Assembly (NCBI GenBank): GCA_964594835.1
Contig: CAZQNA010000003.1
Coordinates: 96,001 to 160,000, forward strand
Origin: an uncultured Nitrososphaerota archaeon
Lineage (GTDB): Archaea; Korarchaeota; Korarchaeia; Korarchaeales; Korarchaeaceae
Length of the DNA: 64,000 nucleotides
Direction of reading: 5' to 3'
The notes beneath the pieces are model-generated. The model was not told the DNA's origin. It searched no databases and was given only the letters and a program-made list of their open reading frames with translations. How positions within the stretch are numbered: the first letter of the stretch is position 1; each line of letters starts with the position of its first letter. A program made the position numbers and the translations under genes. Shown here in pieces: positions 57,951 to 64,000 of the stretch.

Positions 57951-57964
57951 CAAAATTGATTTTG
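57951..57964. promoter_or_regulatory. Palindrome CAAAAT-TG-ATTTTG in the divergent nurA/regulator promoter
   Basis: Perfect 6-bp arms just downstream of a TATA-like element. Confidence 0.45.
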
Positions 57965-57982
57965 CAGCGGAAGGCGACCACC

Positions 57983-58744
57983 TTGGCCAGGGGCACGTAC
58001 CTGGTGTTGGCCGAGAACGGCTCGATTGAGGAGCTGACGGCGGTACACAGGAGGCTGCCCCCGAGGGTGGTCTACGGGCTCGTTCAGAGGGGATCGAGCG
58101 GGGACTCGGCGGTGAGGGAGTACTGCGACAGGGTCGGCCCCTTCGTCGAGAGGGTGGTCCTCCAGGAGGTCAACCTCTACGACCTCGACGAGGTCCTCGA
58201 CGTTGTCCAGCACGCCGCCCACGAGGCCGAGAGGGACGGGGCAGAGGTTTACCTTCTGCTCAACTCCGTATCTCCCGTCGTTCCCGCGGCCTTCCAGCTC
58301 GCCGCCTCCTTCTTCGGCCTGAGGGTGGTCGTCGCCTACGGGGACTCGGTCGACGAACTCCCAGTCCCGCCAGCCGGCGTGCTGGCGATGCCCAAGAGGG
58401 TCCTGGACATAGTTGAGGCCCTCGCGAAGAGCCCCGAGGGGATGAAGCTCAGCGAGCTCGCCTCCGCGGTGGAGCACAGGGAGAGGGTGAGGGGAAAGAG
58501 GAGCAAGACGGACGAGCTGAGGAGGAGGGTCGCGACGGTCGACTACTACATCAACAGGTACCTCAAGCCGCAGGGCCTCGTCGAGGTGGGCCCCGGCCAG
58601 GGTGAGGGGCGGGGGTTCAGGATAAGGCTGACCCAGAGGGGCAGGGTCGTGGCCAGGCGGGTCGAGTACTTCAAGGAGGCCATCTCAAGGCTAGAGGGCG
58701 CGAAGAAGCCTGAGGGCCCAGCTCTCGTGAGCGTGAGCGGGTGA
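57983..58744 (+). CDS. CARF-like + winged-helix regulator (Csa3/DUF6293-like)
   Basis: Rossmann-like N-domain (VNLYDLDEV...EVYLLLNS..P....QLAA), ELP linker, MKLSELA...GLVE...RLT.RG. Confidence 0.68.
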   Translation: MARGTYLVLAENGSIEELTAVHRRLPPRVVYGLVQRGSSGDSAVREYCDRVGPFVERVVLQEVNLYDLDEVLDVVQHAAHEAERDGAEVYLLLNSVSPVVPAAFQLAASFFGLRVVVAYGDSVDELPVPPAGVLAMPKRVLDIVEALAKSPEGMKLSELASAVEHRERVRGKRSKTDELRRRVATVDYYINRYLKPQGLVEVGPGQGEGRGFRIRLTQRGRVVARRVEYFKEAISRLEGAKKPEGPALVSVSG

Positions 58745-58763
58745 GGCCGGGGAGTCGGGGGGC

Positions 58764-60734
58764 TCAGTCAGCCCCCCTCTCCAGCTCGTACCTGAGGAGC
58801 CTCTCCAGGTCTCTCCTCACGATGGGCTCGATCCTCCTGTAGAGATCCGGGTTGATCTCCCTCAGCTGCTCGACCTTTATGGCGGCCTCGATTATCTGGT
58901 ACCTGCGTCCCTCGAGGGACGTCCTCTCGAGCTCCTCCCGCAGCGAGGAGACCACGGGCGTGAAGGCCCCCTCGAGTGACCTCAGCCCCCTCCCAGCCAG
59001 CCTCAGGAAGTCGTACCACACGTCCCTCAGCCTGAGCCCCACGAGGGCCTGCACCAGGTAGGCGGCGGCCAGCAGCAGAAGGACGGTCCCCAGCCTCTTC
59101 GTCACCCAGACTCCCAGGAACGCCTGGGCCAGCTGGACCCGCTCTATCACCACATAGGTCGTGAGGGTGAGGGTGGCCATGAAGAGGTTCACGCCGACTC
59201 CGAGCCTGAACACCGAGAAGATGAACCAGTTGAGGACGAGGAACATGATGCCGAGGATGAATGTCTGGGGCTCAATCAGATAGTAGGCCGTCAGGACGAT
59301 GAGGCAGGCGGCCGAGACGGTCAGGTCCCTGACCGTGCCCAGCGGGCCAATGGTTCCCCTCCTCAGCTGGAAGTCGGCCAGCGAGATCAGGGCGAGCGAG
59401 AGAAGTATGCCCACGTCAGCTATGCCTACGAGGGTGTTCGTCTCCAGGAGGCCCATTATCAGCGCCATGGCGAGGGTGAACATCCAAGAGTGCCTCGTTA
59501 TCGACTGGGGGATCAGCCCGTCCCTGCCCAGCTCCTCGAGGTGCCTCTTGGCGGCCATGTAGGAGGGGGTGAGGGTGGTCACGGCCGCCAGTAGGACCAG
59601 GGCGGAGTTGACCAGCACGGCCGTCTCCCCGATCCCGAAGGATATCTCCAGCGGGGGGATGTCCCCCGACAGGTCGAAGGGCGATATGACGATGGAGTAG
59701 GCGGCGAAGATCACCGTCGACAGGGCCACGGTGAGCATCATCACCCAGCCCACGTACCTCTCCCTCGGTACCCTGCCGACGAGCGGTATCGATATCTCCG
59801 GCCTGCTCTCCTCGAAGAGCGCCTGGACCTCTTGGAAGCCGAAGAGGACAAGGTAGATGTATCCGGCGTTGAACACGACGTCCCTCAGCGCGATCCCGCT
59901 CTCGGCGAGGACGTCGATCGGAGACGACGGGGAACTCTCAAGGAAGCTGGACAGGCTGATGAACAGGAGGGCGAGGAACGTTATGATCAGAACGGCCTGG
60001 ACCGCGGTGACCTCCCTCCTGTGCGTACCCTCGTACTTGAACAGGAGGGCCGCCCAGAGGAGGACCGCGCCGCCTATCCCCATGATCATGAGCTCGGCCC
60101 CCTCGCCCCAGAACCCCAGGGTGGAGAGCACCTCCGGGAGATAGGAGGCCAGGAACTTCACCGACATGACGAGGTTGAAGGCGGTGAGCGCCGTCGTCCC
60201 GACCCACATGCTGAGCCTGCTGAGGAAGTAGGACGCCCCGGGGCCGTAGGCCGACTTGACGAACGCGGGCCCACCTACGGACCTCTCCCCCCTGCCCGAG
60301 AGGAGCCTACCCATGGTGCCGTAGGCCTGCGCCAGCAGGAGAGAGATGGCCCCAGAGACGGCGATGGCCGCCAGGGTGGAGGCCACCGAGGAGGACCTTA
60401 TCGCGTAGGGGAGGACCGTGAGCATGGATATGCCCATGGTCGACCCCAGCCCAGCCACCAGGAGGGAGAGGAACCCGTAGATGGGCTCCGGCGCCGCCTC
60501 CCCCATCTTCAGCTCGAGGCCACCGACCAGCCTGCGGAATATCCCCCCGAGGAATATGAGCCCCCCGATGCCGTAGACCATGGCGAGGGTGGAGCCCAAG
60601 ATGAGGGAGACCGGGTTCCTGTCCCTGAAGAGCGCGAGCCCCACCAGGAGCGCCGCGGCCAGCATCAGGCTCAGCGCGCCGGCGAATAGCCTCACGACCA
60701 GCAGGGCCCTCTTGAGCTGATCGGTCACCACCAC
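58764..60734 (-). CDS. APC-superfamily amino acid permease with extra TMs and soluble tail
   Basis: GLGSTMG, GG...VK.AYG, FGFQ, R.L..L.RDG.IP; many TMs. Confidence 0.8.
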   Translation of the reverse strand: MVVTDQLKRALLVVRLFAGALSLMLAAALLVGLALFRDRNPVSLILGSTLAMVYGIGGLIFLGGIFRRLVGGLELKMGEAAPEPIYGFLSLLVAGLGSTMGISMLTVLPYAIRSSSVASTLAAIAVSGAISLLLAQAYGTMGRLLSGRGERSVGGPAFVKSAYGPGASYFLSRLSMWVGTTALTAFNLVMSVKFLASYLPEVLSTLGFWGEGAELMIMGIGGAVLLWAALLFKYEGTHRREVTAVQAVLIITFLALLFISLSSFLESSPSSPIDVLAESGIALRDVVFNAGYIYLVLFGFQEVQALFEESRPEISIPLVGRVPRERYVGWVMMLTVALSTVIFAAYSIVISPFDLSGDIPPLEISFGIGETAVLVNSALVLLAAVTTLTPSYMAAKRHLEELGRDGLIPQSITRHSWMFTLAMALIMGLLETNTLVGIADVGILLSLALISLADFQLRRGTIGPLGTVRDLTVSAACLIVLTAYYLIEPQTFILGIMFLVLNWFIFSVFRLGVGVNLFMATLTLTTYVVIERVQLAQAFLGVWVTKRLGTVLLLLAAAYLVQALVGLRLRDVWYDFLRLAGRGLRSLEGAFTPVVSSLREELERTSLEGRRYQIIEAAIKVEQLREINPDLYRRIEPIVRRDLERLLRYELERGAD

Positions 60735-60740
60735 GGGTGA

Positions 60741-61166
60741 TCATCCCTCCTCCATCACGCCCAGACCCTGCATCACCTCACCGGCGTTCGAGAGGCTGTT
60801 GACGCACATGACCAAGAGGGCGAGGCCCACGAGGAAGGTGAGGAACCTTATGCCGGAGACGTTTGCTTGGGTCAGGAGGTCCAGGAACTGGTACATGGCC
60901 CCCTGAAACTCCTCCTCACTCGACGGTACCACCAGCAGCAGGCCGACCACGAGGAATATGGCCGACAGGAGGAACTGCATCAGCACGTATAGCAGGCCAA
61001 GGAACTTGCTACCGTAGAGTAGGGGGTGCCTTATCGCGAAAACCAGCCTCGAGAGGGCCGGGTCCCTCTCCATCCTCTTGATCAGGCTGGCGACCTCTGA
61101 AGGATCGTCGAGCCTCCCCCTGACCGCCTCAGCCAGCCTGTCAACGGTGTCGTCGCCTGAATCCAT
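60741..61166 (-). CDS. Two-TM hypothetical membrane protein
   Basis: Two hydrophobic segments; co-oriented with the permease. Confidence 0.65.
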   Translation of the reverse strand: MDSGDDTVDRLAEAVRGRLDDPSEVASLIKRMERDPALSRLVFAIRHPLLYGSKFLGLLYVLMQFLLSAIFLVVGLLLVVPSSEEEFQGAMYQFLDLLTQANVSGIRFLTFLVGLALLVMCVNSLSNAGEVMQGLGVMEEG

Positions 61167-61274
61167 CGGAAGTCGAAGGGGTCCCTCCGGTCACCGGATA
61201 AACGTTCTGCGGCGCGCGCCTCCCCCAGCCCGGAGTCCGTGAATATTTTTGACGTTGGGGTCGCATGTCAACCG

Positions 61275-62483
61275 ATGGGCCGCCCCGGCGGAGACAACGG
61301 CTCGGCAAGGTTCACGCTCTACTACCTGGCGTTCATCGTCACCCTGGCCCACGGGACCGTGACGACGCTCCTCTCCCTCTACCTCAACGCCATGGGCTAC
61401 GGGGGCTCACAGATAGGGCTCTTCAACGCCGGATTCACCGCCGCCTCCGCGCTGGCCTCCTGGGCCGCCGGCCGCGTGTCGGCGGCGAGGGGCTACGTGA
61501 CCGCGCTCCTCCTATCCCTCATCCCGCCCGCGGCCCTCGCCCCGCTGTTCCCGCTCGCCATGACGCCGGCGGTGACCCTGACGGCCGTGCTGGTCTACGG
61601 CCTGTCCAACGGATCCTTTGGGACGGCCGCCGTGGGCCTGCTCTCGGAGATTCCGGGGGAGAGAGGCGCTGCCGTCTCGTTCGGGGCGTTCTACACCGCG
61701 GTCGTCCTGGGGAAAACGGCCTCCGGCGTGCTGGCGGGGGCCATCGTGGAGGGGGCGGGCTACCCCCACCTGCTCCTGGCCGGGGGACTCCTGATGGCGG
61801 CCGCGGCCCCCTCGGTCGTCCTCCTCCAGGGCAAGGTGGGGAGCAGGGGGACGAGCCCCGTAAGGAGCCCGGCAGACAGAGCACCCCGCTCAGGCGGGGG
61901 AATCTCGCGCTCGATGGCGATCCTGCTCGTCGCCCTGTTCCTCCACACGATGGGGTTCATGGCGGTCAGCCCGTTCTTCTCCCTGTACGCCCTGAGAGAG
62001 CTGGGGCTCAGGGAGGGCCTCGTCGGAACCCTTATGTCCGTCCGGAGCTCGGGGGTCCTTCTCTTCGAGCTGGCCGCCGGGTACCTGGCAGCGCTCGCCG
62101 GCTCAACGGAGGTCTTGACCGCCCACGTCCTCCTGTCCTCGGTGGCCTGGTCGGCCTTCACACTCTCCCGGGGATTCTGGTCGGCCGCCGTCGTCCTCCT
62201 CTTCGGTGGCGTCGTGGGGGCGCTCGACATGCCAGCCAGGAGGTCCCTCATCTCCGAGCTGAGCGCCCCGGGGGAGGAGAGGGCCAGGTCCATGGGGCTC
62301 GTGGACTCCGTGACTGGAGTGGCCTCGGCCCTCGGATTCCTCGTGGGAGGCGCCCTGTGGGACGCGGTCGGTCCCAAGGCCCCCTTCTTGGTCGCCTCGG
62401 CGTACAACGCCGCGGCCGTCCCGCTCCTCATGTGGCTCAGGAGGAGGCGCCCTCGGGCGGCGCCGGGGCGGGACCAGTCCTGA
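61275..62483 (+). CDS. MFS transporter
   Basis: About 12 TMs, G.VS..RG motif, ERARSMG, GG.LW...G..APF. Confidence 0.9.
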   Translation: MGRPGGDNGSARFTLYYLAFIVTLAHGTVTTLLSLYLNAMGYGGSQIGLFNAGFTAASALASWAAGRVSAARGYVTALLLSLIPPAALAPLFPLAMTPAVTLTAVLVYGLSNGSFGTAAVGLLSEIPGERGAAVSFGAFYTAVVLGKTASGVLAGAIVEGAGYPHLLLAGGLLMAAAAPSVVLLQGKVGSRGTSPVRSPADRAPRSGGGISRSMAILLVALFLHTMGFMAVSPFFSLYALRELGLREGLVGTLMSVRSSGVLLFELAAGYLAALAGSTEVLTAHVLLSSVAWSAFTLSRGFWSAAVVLLFGGVVGALDMPARRSLISELSAPGEERARSMGLVDSVTGVASALGFLVGGALWDAVGPKAPFLVASAYNAAAVPLLMWLRRRRPRAAPGRDQS

Positions 62484-62495
62484 GGGTGACGGGGG

Positions 62496-62942
62496 TCAGC
62501 GAGATCCTGCTCGGGTGAGGAACCTCTGGAGGGGATTGAGAGACCAGAGGAGGGAGTCCAAGAGGATCCAGGCCGCCAGGATGTCCCTCATTGGGGTGAG
62601 GTCGACCTCCACGGTACCCCCGGGGATCGCCGCGGCTGCCCTCCCCGGGGCCCGGAGGGCGAAGGCCGCGAAGTAGGCCCCGGCTGCCGCGGAGAGTACG
62701 GGGGACAGCGGCGTCTCCCTGAGGGCCCCCGACAGGAAGGAGATCACCGCGTAGACCGCAAGGTCGACCGTCAGAAGCTCGGTCAGGGGAGGGAGGCTCG
62801 GCCCGAGCCCCTCCCCCGGGGCCGGGAGGAGGGACGCCAGGAGGCTAAGGGTCAGCCAGAAGGCCGCGGCCAGGAGCGCCCTCCTGGCGCCCTCCCTCAG
62901 GTCGACCGGTCGTCCCCCGCTCAGCCCCCTCTCAGGCTCCAC
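62496..62942 (-). CDS. Hypothetical membrane protein
   Basis: About 4 hydrophobic segments; overlapping operon. Confidence 0.6.
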   Translation of the reverse strand: MEPERGLSGGRPVDLREGARRALLAAAFWLTLSLLASLLPAPGEGLGPSLPPLTELLTVDLAVYAVISFLSGALRETPLSPVLSAAAGAYFAAFALRAPGRAAAAIPGGTVEVDLTPMRDILAAWILLDSLLWSLNPLQRFLTRAGSR

Positions 62943-63271
62943 CTGGCCCTCACCTCCACCACGCCCATGGATCTGAGGACCATCTCGGCCCCGTCGGCCG
63001 CCGCCAGTAGAGCGGGGTCCAGCTCAACCCCTCGGCTGCTGCCCGGGGGGAGCGTCATCTCTACGGCGCCCACTAGGTCCCGATCCGAGTAGAAGGCGAG
63101 CCGGATCTCCACCTCCATCGGTGAGGAGTTCCTGACGACGAGGCCGCCTGACGGGGATGGCTCGATCGCTATGTCGCCCTCGTAGAGGGAGTACGCCAGC
63201 AGCAGCCACGGGACGAGGTAGAGCAGGAAGAGAGCCCCTGCAGCCAGTCTAAGGGGAGTAGACGGATTCAC
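62921..63271 (-). CDS. Membrane-anchored small beta-domain protein
   Basis: GTGA overlap; N-terminal TM then V.N.S..EV..R beta pattern. Confidence 0.6.
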   Translation of the reverse strand: MNPSTPLRLAAGALFLLYLVPWLLLAYSLYEGDIAIEPSPSGGLVVRNSSPMEVEIRLAFYSDRDLVGAVEMTLPPGSSRGVELDPALLAAADGAEMVLRSMGVVEVRARWSLRGG

Positions 63272-63534
63272 GACCCCTCCTCCCCCTCCCTCAGCTTGAG
63301 GAGTCCCCAGAGTCCCCTGTCTAGCAGGTAACCACCGGCGGTCATTCCGACGGCGAGCGGGACGAGCCTGATTATGGTCGACACGAGGGTGGAAAGTCCG
63401 CTCTCCAGGTCCCCGCTGGGAGGGGGCGAAGAGAACATCTGAACGCTGTAGTAGAAGCCCGCCACGACCATTCCGATCCCGAGGAGGGCTGACACCGTGG
63501 CCACCACCAGCGCGAGCCTCGAGGGAGTCACCAT
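63268..63534 (-). CDS. Two-TM hypothetical protein
   Basis: GGAGGTGG RBS, two TMs. Confidence 0.65.
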   Translation of the reverse strand: MVTPSRLALVVATVSALLGIGMVVAGFYYSVQMFSSPPPSGDLESGLSTLVSTIIRLVPLAVGMTAGGYLLDRGLWGLLKLREGEEGS

Positions 63535-63605
63535 CGTCCCACCTCCCGTGCAGATTCGTCACCGGTCGAGGGTCGGCTCCTTTTATCTACCTGACCCCCG
63601 CGGGC

Positions 63606-64000
63606 CTGCGGGGTAGGGAGACGTCGCGGAGGGCCCTGGTCGCGCTGATGGCCTGCTCGCTGCTGCTCCTCACGGCGGTCGAGGGGGTGCGAAGGACAGC
63701 GCGACCACGAGCCGGCAGCCCCCGTGGGGAGGCCGCCCTCCTGGACTCCCTGGCCATAGAGTTCCCCAACCCCCAGCTGGAGGGGGAGATCCGCGAGGCC
63801 CTTGGGCGGGTCAACCTCTCCCTGGACGTTTACACCCACTGGAACGTCTCGGTCGACCTGTATCGGAGGCTCCCCACTCTGGGCTACAGGCTCGTGGTCT
63901 TCCGCGTCCACACGGCGGCCTACTACCGGGAGGGCGTGCCTGTTCACGTCGCCCTCGGGACCGGGGAGCCGTACTCCCCCGGCAGGTACGTGGACCTGCA
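63606..64000 (+). CDS. 5' part of membrane-anchored/secreted hypothetical protein (runs off window)
   Basis: Own translation ...AALLDSLAIEFPNP...VSVDLYRRLPTLGYRLVVFRVH...; start CTG 63606 or ATG 63648. Confidence 0.6.
   Translation, partial: MRGRETSRRALVALMACSLLLLTAVEGVRRTARPRAGSPRGEAALLDSLAIEFPNPQLEGEIREALGRVNLSLDVYTHWNVSVDLYRRLPTLGYRLVVFRVHTAAYYREGVPVHVALGTGEPYSPGRYVDL

Noticed and set aside
1-64000. tRNA/rRNA genes and Sec/Pyl recoding
   Set aside because: No T-loop/cloverleaf pattern found in intergenic DNA by eye and no conserved ORF interrupted by an in-frame TGA/TAG; tRNAscan-SE would be needed to exclude tRNAs fully

Overview
GC-rich archaeal chromosomal segment. AGG-rich codon usage, TATA/GGAGG-GGTG signals and gene content suggest a thermophilic TACK lineage such as Korarchaeota; this is inference. 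Left part (1-21.8 kb): ferredoxin plus aldehyde:ferredoxin oxidoreductase, SQR-like flavoprotein plus DUF1641, a K+-independent H+-PPase, a roadblock-V4R-small GTPase operon, DUF47/ABC/PhoU genes, an EncFtn-like protein, VapBC, AlkA, gene fragments and a surface protein. Centre (~22-40.4 kb): an ~18 kb integrated element. It carries a Zn-ribbon tyrosine integrase, an RHH regulator, a 1023-aa Prim-Pol/AAA+ replication protein whose gene holds an iteron-like repeat cluster, several translationally coupled orphans, a serine resolvase, a divergent HerA/FtsK-like ATPase and a defence-like cargo block (type IIG-like RM enzyme, three PD-(D/E)XK-like ORFs, an orphan HEPN). Right part: a GEVED/Ala-rich surface protein, pcp, pyrF-E-K-D, an O2-defence cluster (Prx, CydAA', FprA), sfsA, a nurA-herA pair without mre11/rad50 (herA has an intein in Walker A) divergent from a CARF-like/wHTH regulator, and transporters. 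I saw no tRNA, rRNA or CRISPR array and could not locate att sites. All family calls come from motif recognition by eye, not database searches.
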